A stretch of 64,000 nucleotides of DNA from Camelus dromedarius (Eukaryota). The notes below the pieces were generated by a model. It was not told the origin of the DNA. It saw nothing but the letters and a program-made list of their open reading frames with translations, and did no database searches. The DNA is taken from positions 4,650,001 to 4,714,000 of the forward strand of contig NC_087436.1 in the NCBI RefSeq assembly GCF_036321535.1, written 5' to 3'. Within the stretch, counting starts at the first letter, position 1; every line of letters starts with the position of its first letter. Below, piece after piece: positions 12,955 through 26,740 of the stretch. Position numbers and translations under genes: made by a program.

Positions 12955-13560
12955 GTAGCAAGACATGGAAACAACCTAGGTATCCATCAGTGGATAAATG
13001 GACAAAGTAAACATGGCATTGCGGGAGGGGATAGCTCAGGGGTAGAGCGTGGGCTTAGCATGCACAAGGTCCTGGGTTCAACCCCCAGTACCTCCGTTTA
13101 AAAAAAGAAAAGAATATATATATATTATATATATATATATATATAATATATATATATATATAATGAAATGTTACGTAGTTTATAAAAAGAAGGAAACCCT
13201 GCCATTTCCAACAATAGCAACGGACCTTGAGGACCTTACGTGAAGTGAAATTAGCCAGACACAGAAAGACAGCTGCTGCATGATCTCACTTCTAGGTAGA
13301 ATCTAAGAAAGTTGGACTCACAGAAATAGAGTGGAAGGGTGGTCGCCAGGGGACAGGAGTTGGAAGAAGGGTACAGGTTTTCAGTCATAGGATGAATACG
13401 TTCCGGAGACGAATATACAGCATGATGTCCCCAGTGAATGACGTATACTAGAAATAACAGTGTGCAAACTGACATGCTAATTAGCTTGATCGTGGTGCTC
13501 ATTTCACAAGGTGTACATACACCAAAGCAGCCCAGTGTACACCTCAAATAGGTATAAAAT
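12955..13560 (+). mobile_element. Old L1 3' end fragment interrupted by a SINE
   Basis: agcaagacatggaaacaacctagg...agtgaaattagccagacacagaaagaca resembles L1 ORF2 end and 3' UTR. Confidence 0.75.
13021..13113 (+). mobile_element. tRNA-derived SINE, camelid Vic-1-like, followed by (TA)n, nested in an L1 fragment
   Basis: gggaggggatagctcaggggtagagc...gcatgcacaaggtcctgggttcaacccccagtacctcc + A tail. Confidence 0.85.
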
Positions 13561-14739
13561 TTCCCTTTCGTGGTTTTCTGCATCACATGAATAAACTTCA
13601 ATGTAACATTTATGTTTAAATACCTTTTAAAAAAGAATTTTTACATAATTTATTTTCCTTAAACAATAATTTGCTACAATCTTGTTGCAAATTTTTAAAA
13701 ATTTTAACACTGTATTAACAGAGGTAGAATTCTTTAGGACAATCAAAATCATGGTGTACTTACAATATATTAACATCAAATTGTGTATAAACAGATAATC
13801 TGATCCTCTCCTTTGAAATGACACGGAGACCATTGTAACTAAGAGTGAATGCACGCATTTGTTCCTCTGTACGGAGACTCATTATATAATCACAACTGTA
13901 ATTTGAATCAAGTTAGGATTCCTGAGAAATACCGACCCGTGGGCACACACACACAACAGACACACACACACACACACACCAGCCACACACATTCACAGGC
14001 AATTTTTATTTGTCATTTATACATAATAAAGCTGAGAAAAATATTTTTACCAACTTTAAAAATAAAATTTTAAAAATCCCTAAATACTTTCCCTTTTGTG
14101 GTTCTCCACATCACATGAATAACCTTCAATATAATTTGTATAGACCCATGATTATAATACAATTATAAAGTTCTGGCAACCATAGCACCGCAACTTGACA
14201 CTGTGAGCTCACATAGCTTTGACTGTATTAGAACAAATAACGTCACCAAAGACGTTTCCGTTGTCTTGATGCAAAGACCATTACAGTGAAGGCCCAGGAT
14301 GAGTCGGAGACTGATTCCTCTGCTTCTGAACAGGCAGGGGCCCTGAGTGGGGTAGGCGGGGTCTGTGTCCTGGAAGCAGAGACACAGGAAAGTGCCAGTC
14401 TCCCAAAGCAGTCAGAATTCAGACTGAGGTCTGAGCAGAAAGTCTGGAGGGCTGTCAAAGGAGCCCCGTGGGGAACGAGCTCTGTGCGGGACAGACTGGG
14501 AGGGAGATGTGTCTGGAGCCCAAGGCCTCTTGCTGGTGCCCAGTGTGTGTGCAATGACGTTTTGCAACATATCTGTTTAATAGTTTTATATCTTCAATTT
14601 CAAGTACAGAACAAGATTTACATAGGCGAGTGGTTGCAATTCCTGGATGGACTAATACAGCTGTTTTTTCCTCCAAAGCACAATTTTTTAAGCCTCTTTA
14701 GAAAACAGCAAGGGTGGGCTCTCTCAGCAGCATGGAGCA

Positions 14740-15345
14740 GCAGTAGAATTGTCCGACAGAGATGCAAGTCACCTAGGAGGTGAACTTTTAAATTTAAAAA
14801 TGTCTAGTAGCCACACTTTAAAAAGTAGAAAGAAACGGGGACATTGGTTTTAATTATATATTTCATTTAACACAATATATCCAAAATACTATCATTTCAT
14901 CAGGTAGTTCATACAAAAAATTATTAATGAAACATTTATATTCTGTGTTTCATCCTAAGATATGCATTTTCTATCTGCAGCACATCTCAGTGTAGACTAA
15001 TGTAAAAGATAAACTGAGGCCTGTCAAAAATTCTAAGGTTTATTTGAGCAAAAATGCAGCACCGACCGGAAGTGGTTAGAAGACATCTTCCTAGCTCGGG
15101 AGAGAATTTCATGGAGAAAAGGTGGAAGCAAAGTAGAGAAATTGTTGATAGGCTGCAGGCTAAAGGCTAGTTGGCCGACTATGACTGGCTGTCCTCACAT
15201 TTCAGTGTTCTAACCATGAGGATTTGCAGTGTCAGAGTTTGGGTTGTTTATGTCGACCACCTCCTTGTTTAATTAATGTAACACCAGCCACTTCTCAAGT
15301 GCTGGCTGATTACGGGAAGTCAGTGGTTGTCGTTGATACACAGGA
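14740..15345. mobile_element. MER33-like hAT relic split by an LTR
   Basis: tctagtagccacactttaaaaagt...cagcacatctcagtgtagact and gccacttctcaagtgct flank the LTR. Confidence 0.65.
15001..15283 (-). mobile_element. Solo ERV1-type LTR
   Basis: TGTAAA...TAACA termini, tttatt (minus-strand AATAAA), degenerate 4-bp flanks CTAA/CCAG. Confidence 0.6.
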
Positions 15346-16045
15346 TGCTCATGGATACAACTGGAAAAAAACTGTAAAAAGCGAATCACCATTTTAGGTA
15401 TTTGTTTTGTTTCCTCCTTGCCAGCACATTGAGTCCTACTTCGTTATTTATAAAAACAAAACAAGAAAGGTAGATGAATAGTTGAAAGTGGTCATTGAAT
15501 AAAGGAAAAAAGTGTATTTTTTCATTTTTCAACATTATACTTTCCAATTTTAATTTATAACATGCAGTTTTGAAAAGAGCATTTCTTTTGAACTTAAACA
15601 CAATTTAAATGGTGATCAGCAGAGTAATAAAGAAAAATGAGTTCTATCTGAGAGATTTTTAGAAAAATATTTAAGGAAAAAGAAATTGGACCTTTTTGTA
15701 AGTCGCTAACATTAGCAACCTAAGGTTTTGAGATGACACAGGACCTTACATTTTCACTTGGCAGTTCTTTTGCAATTTCTGCATAAGAAGCAATTACAAA
15801 GCACCAGCAGCACTGATTATCTTCTGACAAAGCGAGACCCTTTCTAAAGATCTTGCTCGTCATCACCACCCACGCTCCTTTCTCCTTTTCATCTGTATTC
15901 TTGCTGAAGCTTGTTCTTTCCCCCTCGACCCAACCTGCTATTTTTGTACTTTGACAAGAATATTACCAAAGCATTAACTAAAAATGAATACTGCAGAAGA
16001 CTACCACTAGAAGTTTTGCACACGTATATACACGCAGGATTCTGG

Positions 16046-16177
16046 AGGGGGAGGGTATAGTTCAGTGCTTAGCATGCATGAGGTCCTGGGTTCAACCCAC
16101 GGTACCCCCATTAAAAATAAATAAATAAATAAAACTAATTACTGGTCCCACCAAAATAAAAATAATAATTTAAAAAG
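16046..16177 (+). mobile_element. tRNA-derived SINE, Vic-1-like, with internal deletion
   Basis: ggggagggtatagttcagtgcttagcatgcatgaggtcctgggttcaaccc + A-rich tail. Confidence 0.8.
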
Positions 16178-17538
16178 TCTTAATTTTTTAAAAATTTGTG
16201 CTCAACAAAATGTCCCAGAACTGCAGGAACTCTTCAGACTAGCCACAAGACTTTCTCTGTGATTTTACCAAAAAGTTGCTCCTGATGTATGAATTTCTGA
16301 GATTTGAAACTCTTTAAATCCAGGTCCTTTCATTTCTTAACACATAAAGCCTTTTTAAAAAGGAGTTCTTTTTAAAAACGGTGTTAACGCTACAATAAAA
16401 GTTACAAACCCCTTTTGAAAAATGTACACTTCTTTAAATGCTGTCTGTGCTGTAACTGCTAATGTGAACAGGTTCAGATAAGGGGTGATCAGAATCCCCG
16501 CTTTCCCTGAAGCTTATGCCAAAACCCACACCTCCAGGCGGCAACAGGGGGCAATACTACAGTCACTACAGCATGCCCCCATTGCCCAGCATTATTTGAA
16601 ACATTCTGCATGTGTTTAAACCTTGTAGTAACCCATTGAGAAGATATTCTTATCAGCTACATTTTACTTAAAAGGAAACTGGAGCACAGAAAGTTTGGGT
16701 TACTTTCCTAAGGTCAAACAGGGGCCGAGTGGAACAGCCAGTGATTATATGTGGTAACCGGATGCAAAGGTCTGCACTTCCAACCAGCCTGCTCGGCAGC
16801 CTCTCAGATTACAGGTACATACACAGAGCGATTGGCCAGTGAGGAACTTCTGCTGTGTGTCTTGACACCAGAGGACTGTCAGTTTTAGCTGGACAGGTGG
16901 AGAAGGAGTGAGGGAGGGGGATATGACAGGTGGTTTTGGCCCCGAATCTTATGACCAACGCTGGAGAATAGGGTTTGGAGGCCTGGGGCACAGGCAGGGA
17001 CCAGAGTAGGTCTAGAGAAGGACATAAGGCAGCAGTCGTGAGGATGGCACCCACGTGGAGGCATGTCCTACTGGTAATTGGCCCCACTATGCAGAAAACC
17101 AAATTGGCCTTAGGGTTTCAGGTTGTGAGTTTGCTTAATCCCAGAGTGACCTCTGATGGGCTGGTAAAGTAGAAAAAGAAAGTCATTGTTCTGTTCCCAG
17201 AGGCATAGCTGTACCAAATATATATATATATAAAAAGAAAGATTAAAGCTTATTGTCCTCAAGGTTCCACATTCCACTGGCAATGCTCCACCGCAGCGAG
17301 CCCCGGGCCCCCAGATCCCTCCTGGCCCACCTGCTGGGGCCATCAGTTTCCCTTAACCATGGTCTCCAGAAGAAAAACGACAATTTATCATGAACTTGAA
17401 GAAGTTTTAAACTGTTAGCAATTATTCTTAAAATCAGATCAAATACTCTGTATGCATGTGAACAGACTTCAGCACTCAGGAGCATGTGTGCACTTTCTTT
17501 TAAATGGTGTTCTCAAAAAAGAACTTGATTAGCAAAAT

Positions 17539-17572
<34 letters not shown>

Positions 17573-19198
17573 GATGCGTTCATCTTTATATAGGTTCAAT
17601 ATATGTACTCAGTTTGCCTGCTGTAGTAAAATGCCGTCATTTGAGCATAATTTTACAATGTTTTTTAAATTTAAATTCACCTGGACTTCCCCATAAATAC
17701 CTTCACCCACCCACCCACCAGCACAAGTGTGTATGAAAGTGTGCCGATGTATGAGTGAATGTATTTTAGAGAACTTATACGATGTTACTAACCAGATTCA
17801 AGATGACAACTGTGTGTACATGAAGAAACCCAAATCACACTTAGATACAGAGATCTGAATTTGAAAGTCTTGAAAATTTAAGGAGACTCAAAAGCTGGAT
17901 TTTCCTTTACTTTTTATTTTTCCTTAAATAGAACTAAAATTAATAACAACCTGATTTGTTTGACTGTTAACTAAGTGATAATATATGGACTGGACTTTAC
18001 TTTTTCATAGAGTTATAAAAGTTGAAAAAGAGATGCTAACGTTCCTTGATCTCTGGGCTCCAAATAAGCAAGTGCAAGGCAGTCCTGCACATACTGCTGT
18101 CTGGTGCTGACCCCGGGGTCACAAGTTCTTGGTGACACCCTTGGGACCCCCAGTAAACTCGTGGGCGTGAACACAGACCTCACTGCTCAGCACCTGCTGT
18201 GGTGCCGAGTTAAAGGCTTGCTCAGTTTTTGTTGCTATATTTTCCCTCTTCGTTTTAAAGGTACTTGATTAGGAACAATTTGCACTGCATCAGAAATCTG
18301 TATTTAACATAGAGACCAAGGGACTAAAAGGCAAAGTGATGTCTTGTCCCCAGCATTTCATTACCTTTAAAAATACGAGATTCACTAGGCTCTCTGCTAC
18401 CTGGTTGGCAGTTCAATGAATATTTTGTGTATGTTGAATATTTTATACTATTCAGCCTCTTCTTTTTGTCCAAAGCAAAACACCAACCAAGCAGAAACCA
18501 ATCCAAAAAAGCCAAAACCCCAAATTATGCTGACTTTCATTCTGAAACTAAAGTGTATATTAAAATATCTCAGACATTTAAGTTATCCATGATCTCAAAA
18601 TTTAAAAATGTGATGAACTGAGTTTGCCAATTTACTTTGTCTTTCCTTGGGAATTTTTACAGATTTTTGCCACAAGCAACCATCAGTTTAAGTGAAAAGA
18701 TAAAGCCTGTCACCCTCCCAGGTCTCACTGAGTAGTTTAGAAATTACATGTTATTTACATGGCACTGTTGATCTTTATCTACATCTTAATTACTGACTTA
18801 AATCAATTATTAGATGACTATCTACTGTATTATGTTAATTGTTCAAAAAATCATCAAATTGTTAAAAATCATTTTTAAAGTTTTGCTACATTTCAAATTA
18901 AATCATGAGTTAATCTAGATAACAATAAAAACAAAAGTATCAACTTTTAAACATTTCTACCTTGAATAATATTATTTCCATAACACGAAAGTTCTATTTT
19001 TTTCACCATAAGTTATTTATACTGCCAAACTGGACTAAAAACAAATATCTCCATGACACCAAAATATAAAATCTTCACTCATCCTTGGGGTGTTTTCCAA
19101 GAAAAGGAGGGCCCTGACTTCTCCAGTGTTTCTTATTATGAAACTGATTTGAGCAACAAAATAAATAATGATAATATTAGATTATAACCCAAAGTATC

Positions 19199-19229
<31 letters not shown>

Positions 19230-22200
19230 CCTTTCTGAATCCATGTTGATTTAAATAAATGGTTAAAAATTATTAAATATATGAGGGATTTAGGACAAGT
19301 CTTCCTTATGGAATAATTTTGACAGGAATAATTATGAATGAATTAACTCCTTGGGGATAAAAGGGAGAAATCTGGAGAGTCGGAGTAATAGATCTAAAAT
19401 GAAATCAAATTAACTAACAAGTACCTGAAACTAACCTATTGCATATTTTCGGCTAGGAGATTTGTTTGCTGTATAAAGTAGCTGGAGCACTTCAGAATAA
19501 CACTGTGCTACACTCTGTTTAGTATAACAGGAAAGTTACTTTTTCTCAAAATATGCTCAGGGAACAACCCTACACTACACGTGTATTCATAGTATATTTC
19601 CCCGTTTATTGACTTTGTTGTATTAGATTGTACACAATTTTGTATTCTCCCCTTTTGGCTCAATATTCATATGTAAGCATTTTTCCGAGTCTTTGAAGGC
19701 TTCACCGAGTGGCTGTCGAACTGGTGGGAAATGTCATCTGGTGGGTACGCCCGTGTTGTTCTCATCCAGGTTAGCAGGGCCGGGAGCCCCACTCAGTTAG
19801 ACGCGGGGGCGGGCTGAGCGGAGACGCGGCCCCCGGGGCCTGGGGGGGGTGTGCGCACCTGCGGGGGCAGCCCTGCTCCCGCGGGGACCGGCTCATGCAC
19901 GCCCCGGGAGCCCGCAGTCCAGCCGAGGGAGACGGTAAACCCCACATTTAAGATGAAAGTAAGTGAAATGATAGAAGGTGATGCGTTCTGTGGGGGAAAA
20001 GATAAACAAACAACAGAAGGAGGAGGAACTGGTGTGCAGAAATGGGGGTGGTGTTGCTTGCAGTCTGAAAATGGGTCAGTGAGAGGTGAGTGAGCAAATC
20101 CGTGAATGGTGCCAGGTGATCAGTGCACATATTTAGGGGAGTGCAGCCCAGGGAGGGCACCGACAGGCCTGAACCCTGGGCGGGTTCACGTGACATGCGT
20201 CTCAGAAACCGGAAGGATGCTGTGCCCCGAGCAACCAAGCCTTCGGACACGGCCTCGTTTCTTTAGAGAAAGAACTGTCTGTCCCAGGAAGTCTGAGACG
20301 GTTCGTAATTACCCCTTAGGTCAACGTGATGGACAGAAACGTGAAGCACCCAGCATACACTGCTACCCTCAAGCATGAACTTTGGGTGCTTTCTGCAGCT
20401 GCCTGTTCCCAATTTCCTAGGCATGGTCTTTAAAGATTAATTATTATTTCATTATGTAGCTGATCCGCAATTTATTCATAATCCTTCTCTTGCCGGACAT
20501 ACAGTTTAATTCCAATTTCCATTATAAATAATGCTGCAGTCCTTGCTTATAAATTATTGTCTTTGTCGTATTTGTGGCAGATTTTTTTCCAGTTTCTTGC
20601 TTGTTATTGAATGATCTTTATCATATTTTTGACCTACACAATTTTTATGTTGCGAAATATATTATTTTTACCTCTATTATGATTTCTTCTTTGCCTCTCT
20701 ATATAAAAAGCTTTTAAGCATCTGAGGACTATAGACATATTTTCCTGTATTGCCTTTTACGTTTCATGGTTTCTGCTCTTCTATTCATTTTAATTCATGC
20801 TGAGTTTATAATGGTTTGTGGTGAGAAATAAAAAATGAGCTTGTAAAATCCAAATAACTGCCTTTAAAATCAAAGAGCATTTACTCTCCCAATGCTTTGT
20901 AAGGCTAATTTATTCCATGTTGATTTTTCACACATAGTGGGGTTTGTTTTAGGGTTATCTAGCTGTACCGTGTGCCTGTTGGCCATTTGTTGACCTAGAA
21001 CTGAGGTGTTTTTTATTATAATATATTCTTTATAATAATTTTTTAATATTTGGTAAAAATATTAATTAATACATATTAATTACTATGCAGTGTTTCCCCC
21101 CCTAATTTTTATTTCCATTCCTTTTGTAATGTTTATTTTGGTTGAACATTTACTGTTAGTATAGGAACCCAAGAGGTGGATTTCTCTTTCTTGTTTTCAG
21201 ACCTTCCAACAACCTCTGACCATGGAGAGTCATACATCTGTACAGAAGTATTTTATGTGCATTTTTATTTTATTTTATTTGACCGGGATGCCCAGGTCAC
21301 AGAGATTTCTTTCTTTTACAGCTGCCTGCATCATACCTGTAAGAACATGCATCCCCTGTACAGCATGCAGCTGCGTGTCCTTTCTTTCTCTGAGTCATGT
21401 TTAAATATGCCTGTTGTACACATCTTTAAATGAGTCATGCATGCAGTGACGATCGTGCTGCTCCCACGTAGTGGGGGGTAGTTACCTCTTTCTTTCCTTC
21501 CTCTTTCTCTCTCTGTCTCAAAACAAGAACAATAAAGTGCATTTTATTTAAGAAAGCTCCTTTTTGGACTCAGGAGGTTAAGGGGACTAGCTTCAAGGTG
21601 ATTTTGATTTGCTCTTAATAGAGGCAGAAACCTTGCCAGGGCTTTAGAAAGATGTACTGATTTATTCAGACCATTGGAATGGTCACTGACAAAAGTCATG
21701 TTTAATTGCATGGTGTACTATGGTTTGTTAGCATATGAAAAATCTGAATGTCATTTAAAGTTGACCTTTGAATCATCCAAGCTGCTCCTTCCTCTTCCTA
21801 TGGGGTATTTACTTAATGCAGATGCGTAAGAACTCTTAGTTAGAATAATGGATTTGCATAAAAGTTGCCAGATATTATTGTATGGATAGTAACTGACCAT
21901 ATTGTAGAAATTTTTGAGCAACTTTTGTGGGGCTTAATCTTCTTTCTTATTTTCTCATAACCTCAAATTCTGGGAAAAATCTGTCTCAGTTGATTCTAAT
22001 TGGATTTGCAGATTTGAATCCCTTTTTGTGTGACTTGTGATTCCTGCCATTCTCCAGTTTTTATTCTGATTTTGGATACAGGCGTTCCATTAAGACCACT
22101 TTCATTCTTGCTAAGTCTTAGAAGAAAATTTTCTAGCACCTCACATCTAAAAGTAATTACTCACATGCCGACAATCACTTTGCCATCAGAGCTACAAAAG

Positions 22201-24150
22201 CTGCAGGAAGCTTTCACAATTTTAGTAATGAGATGACTTAGCAGAAGTAACAAAGTCCTTACAGTAGATACATTTTTCCAAAGTCAACCAACCGTTCATT
22301 TCTTGCCGGCTAAATGAATTTACTCGTTTTCTGAATGATTTAAAATAACTTTTCTTTCTTTCTTTTTTTTTTTTTCTAGACAGAGTTTTTCATTTACTTT
22401 CTTCATGACAAGAAAAATTGTAATTAACCTTGGGGGGGTGACTGCTCACAGAAGAATGGTCAGAACATGAAACATTGGCCAACAATGTGGGGGAGTAAAT
22501 TCTCATTTAGAACTGGTTTTCCCCCAGGAAGTGTCACACTCACCCTGATTACTCACCACGCCGGAACAACCCAACATTGGCCAGTAGGCGTACTGACTTT
22601 AACCTGAGCACCGAGCAGCACGTGCTTCATCGTGTGGAGCGGCGCGGAGCTTAGGTAGGACTCCCGCCCATCCTGCTGACTCTTTGGGCATCACTAGCTC
22701 CCCAGCAGCTGACTTTAATTCTCAGGTCCAATCAAAGCTGCACAGGCACCTAATTCCATTTCTGCTGCCACCTCTCCTTGCTGTTCCATAATTTCCTGTT
22801 CTCTGGTGCGTCTCAACTTCCATCCTACGAAAATGAGATACCTATGCATATATGTCAGATTGGTCAAAAAAAAACCCCACAAAAATCTCACATTATAATT
22901 TGATGGGAAATACAGTATAATGGGGAACTCAATTCTCTTGCTACTGTTTTCTGTATAAAATGCTAGTTTATGTCAGAGATCAATTTGGCAATAGTCAAGG
23001 GGGAAAGCATATTCCAAACAATTCCATGAGTTTCACTTCTAATAACCAAAGGAAATGTACACAGAGTTTCACTGCAATATCTTTGCTATAGATAAAATAT
23101 TGAAATTATGTAAACACAAATTTGGGGAAAAAAATCAGTCAGTCATGGTGCATTTATTGATGTAATTTTGTGTAACAGATCAGCTGGATCTTCATGTTTT
23201 AACATGAATACACAGTAAACATGTGACATAAAAAAGCAGGTTTTAGATTAACATATATAGCATGATTAAATACATGTAAAATATGAGGGAAATAGGACGA
23301 AATATAATATTAGGTAAATATGAATGGTAGACATATGACTATTTTCTTATTTTCTTAAATTTCAATTTTTCATTATACTTAATAATCAGACAAAAAGAAA
23401 AGTGTCAGTTGCATGTACCTCATTTTCTATGTTAACTTCTGTGTAAAGTGTTTAATTATCTTCTTTCGCTACTGATTTATTGTAATGTTTAAGTAATTAA
23501 AAATGTGTGCTGAATAAACATTTTACTGTGTTTAGACAAAAAGGAACTAAGTAGAGATTGAAAAATCTGGGAGAAAACTAAACAAAGAAGGCATAACCTT
23601 GAAGAATGGGAAAGGTTTCAGAATCTCCCTGAAAAGGAAGGATATTGCTGTTAAAGAGGAGAAGGCGGTGGGGCGTTACTGAGGAACAAATCCTCATGGC
23701 AAAGCTGTGGGTCAGAGAAAGAACTGCCCGGATTAGCCGAGAGAAGGAAGTTTAAAATTGATGCTGAATTTGTAAGATGAGTGGATAGCTTACAGAAGGC
23801 GAGGGGAAAATAGAAACTCTGAAATCATTTGGGATAAGAGAATGTCACAATATAAGAAATAGGTAAGAAACATCATTGTGCTGTAAGTTGTTGAAAGATG
23901 AGTTCCAGGAGACGCTTGTCCAGTTTCAGGAATGAAGGCAGGGTTTGGGGACAAATGACAGAAAGTGAGAAAGGAGAGCAAATATCCGAGGAGAAATGCC
24001 AGGATTCTGTGCTTAGAGGTGGAACACTTACTTGGCAGCAACAGCATTGTCAGAAATCCAGAAATAGCAAAATTAAAACCACCAACACAATAAATAGTAT
24101 TTAGTGAGTATTCAGTGTACAGAGAAGGACAGGTCAAGAACAAGGAGTCT

Positions 24151-24280
24151 GGGGGGAGGGTACAGCTCCGTGGTAGAGTGTGTGCTTAGCATGCACAAGG
24201 TCATGGGTTCATGTGCCTCCATTAAAAAAAGGTTAAACAAATAAACCTGATGACCTGCCCCACCCCCGCCTAAAAAAAAA
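24151..24280 (+). mobile_element. tRNA-derived SINE, Vic-1-like
   Basis: ggggagggtacagctccgtggtagagtg...; degenerate TSD aagaacaaggagtct / aagaactgggagct. Confidence 0.85.
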
Positions 24281-25099
24281 GAACTGGGAGCTTTACAAGA
24301 AATAAGGAAAGTTTCACTTTTGTTCATGAAATAAACCAGCTGAGTTTTGGTTACCTAGTTTAAATGGTTTTGTCTGTTCAGTGAATTCTCCAGTTTAGTT
24401 TCCATCTTGTATTTAATTTTAACAGTGTTCATGCTAACGGCATTGAAGACATCTCGTGACTGCCAGGAATAGTTTCTCACGTGCCCCAGTCTCTCTGCAC
24501 TCAGGATGTGCAGTCACACAGGACAGTTCTGTGGTTTTGCCCACATTTACACTTCACGGGTCATGGAGGGTCTCAGGTGAGTGAGTTCCTGGCCCTACTT
24601 CTGGTGCAGCTCTGCCTTATACACTGTTTCTCGTTGCTCAAAAAACCATCCCAAATGGAGGTGCAGGTGCTTGCTATGATTCACAGTACTTGCCATAATT
24701 CTCAGTTTGGGTCTGCGCTAAGGATACTCCCATATACTTCTTGAGTTTTCAAAGTAATGTGTCCCTGAGGCTGGAGGAGAGGGTATGAAACCAAGACTGA
24801 GTCCTTATTCATTCTTTGTCAGAATTCCTACAGAGATTTCTAAAATTGCATTCCCCATAGAGAGATATTGTGACTGTCCAGTTATTGGCAGCCCATTTGA
24901 TTGGCCATAGAGCAAGGCCTTTGGCGAATCCCATTAGTCCATAAATTTCCAAACATTATTCTGGAGGTGGATTTCCAAGCATCAGTGTTCCCAGACATGC
25001 CCTCTAGAATGGCCATTGTGTGAACTCACTCTTACCTGTGCAACCAAAGTGTTACCATTTGCAGGGTGAAGGGTGGCTGGTTTCCAAACTGACTCATCT

Positions 25100-25765
25100 T
25101 TAATTTCTTTTTCTTTATTTTTTCTCTGTTTATTGAAGTACATAGTTTCAATGTTGTGTCAGTTTCTGGTGTACAGCATCATGTTTCAGTCATACATATA
25201 CATACATACACTCGTTTTTATATTATTTTTCATTACAAGCTACTACAAGATATTGAATATAGTTCCCTGTGCTACACAATAGGACCTTGTTGTTTATCTG
25301 TTTTATATGTATTAGATGGTATCTGCACACCTCAAATTCCCAATTTATCCCTTCCCACCTCCTACCCCCATAACCATAAGTCTGTTTTCTGTGTCTGTGA
25401 GTCTGTTTCTGTTTTGTAAATAAGTTCATTTGTGTCTTTTTTTTTTTTAGATTCCACATATAAGTGATATCATATGGCATTTTTCTTTCTCTTTATGACT
25501 GACTTCACTTAGTATGATGATCTTCAGGTTCATCCACATTGCTGCAAATGGCATTGTTTTATTCTTTTTTATGGCTGAGTAGTATTCCATTGTATAAATA
25601 TACCACAACTTCTTTATCCAGTCATCTGTTGATGGACAGTTAGGTTGCTTCCATGTCTTGGCTATTGTAAATAGTGCTGCTGTGACCATTGGGGTGCATG
25701 TGTCTTTTTGAATTAGAGTCCCCTCTGGATATATGCCCAGGAGTGGGCTTGCTTGGTCACAGGAT
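25100..25765 (-). mobile_element. 5'-truncated L1 (ORF2 C-terminus and 3' UTR)
   Basis: ORF 25447..25689 [40 protein letters not shown] is the L1 ORF2p C-terminus. Confidence 0.92.
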
Positions 25766-26338
25766 ATGACTTACACCTTTCAGTGTATCAGCAACTTGCT
25801 TTGCTACAGCAGAGAGAGCCATGGCATTTAGACTGATCAGCGATTTTGTCATTGGTTTTAAATGAACAGCTACCACCTGTTTTTGGATTTAATTTTCTTC
25901 CTCCCTTCTCCTCCTCCAGAGCTGCCATCAAGTATGCTCCCATAAGAACCACTTCCATTTTCTCAGTTTTCTCAGGATTTCTACTGAGTTGCTCTGTCTT
26001 TGCTGGAAAGTCTCTCTGGTACTGCAGTTATTTTGGGGAGTTTGAATTATTTGATGTCTTAGCGACAGGATCTGTCTTCATAGAAGCTCGGTAACAAATA
26101 ATTAATTCCTTAAAGGATTAGATGTAGTTGCTGCCCCCAGTGACTCCCAGTCCTCAGTGTCCAGTGCTTTGTGCCGAGGTGCAATGTTAGGTTTCTGCCA
26201 GACACTCTAATCTGCATACGTCCACTTGATGATCTATCTATCCAAAATGATGTGTGCTTTAATTAAAGTTAAAATATTCAGCGTGGGTGGAAAGTGGGCA
26301 ATCCTAGAGGTTCTCATTTAGCAGGACAAATTACAATT

Positions 26339-26740
26339 GAGTGAAAGGTGAAACTGCCCTAGAAAGCTATCAGCCAATGATGGCTATCAGCCAAAGCCAT
26401 AAATGCACTGCACTTACGGGCTCAGGTGCACGTGGGGTCACGACAACAGGACTTCCCTGCTTTCTCTCCTATCTGCAGCTCCTTGCTAACCCTAATGGCT
26501 CCCCTGCAGCTGGGCTGTAGCCCCCCAGTTGTCTGTCTGGTTGTCCGACATGGCCTTCCGCAGCTCCTGGTTCTCATATGGCCCCATCCCTCCGCAACAG
26601 GAGATTTATACCAGAGACCCAAACCTTTATTGGCACCTGCCGTGACTTGCCTCAGTGTCGTGTCACTTGAGAGTGACCCACTGCTGGCTTTCATGTCACA
26701 AGCCTAGGGCTGCTTGGACCCTCAAGATTCAAATCCCTCA
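26339..26740. mobile_element. Probable solo LTR (ERVL-type)
   Basis: About 400 bp bounded by TG...CA, with CCAAT and LTR-like composition; family not determined. Confidence 0.4.

Noticed and set aside
13021..13100. tRNA-like sequences here and at about 12800, 16050, 24155 and 38470
   Set aside because: A-rich tails, TSDs and degenerate stems show they are SINEs, not tRNA genes
14243..14783. 165-aa ORF and overlapping antisense ORFs
   Set aside because: Non-ATG start, no homology recognised, runs into a hAT relic
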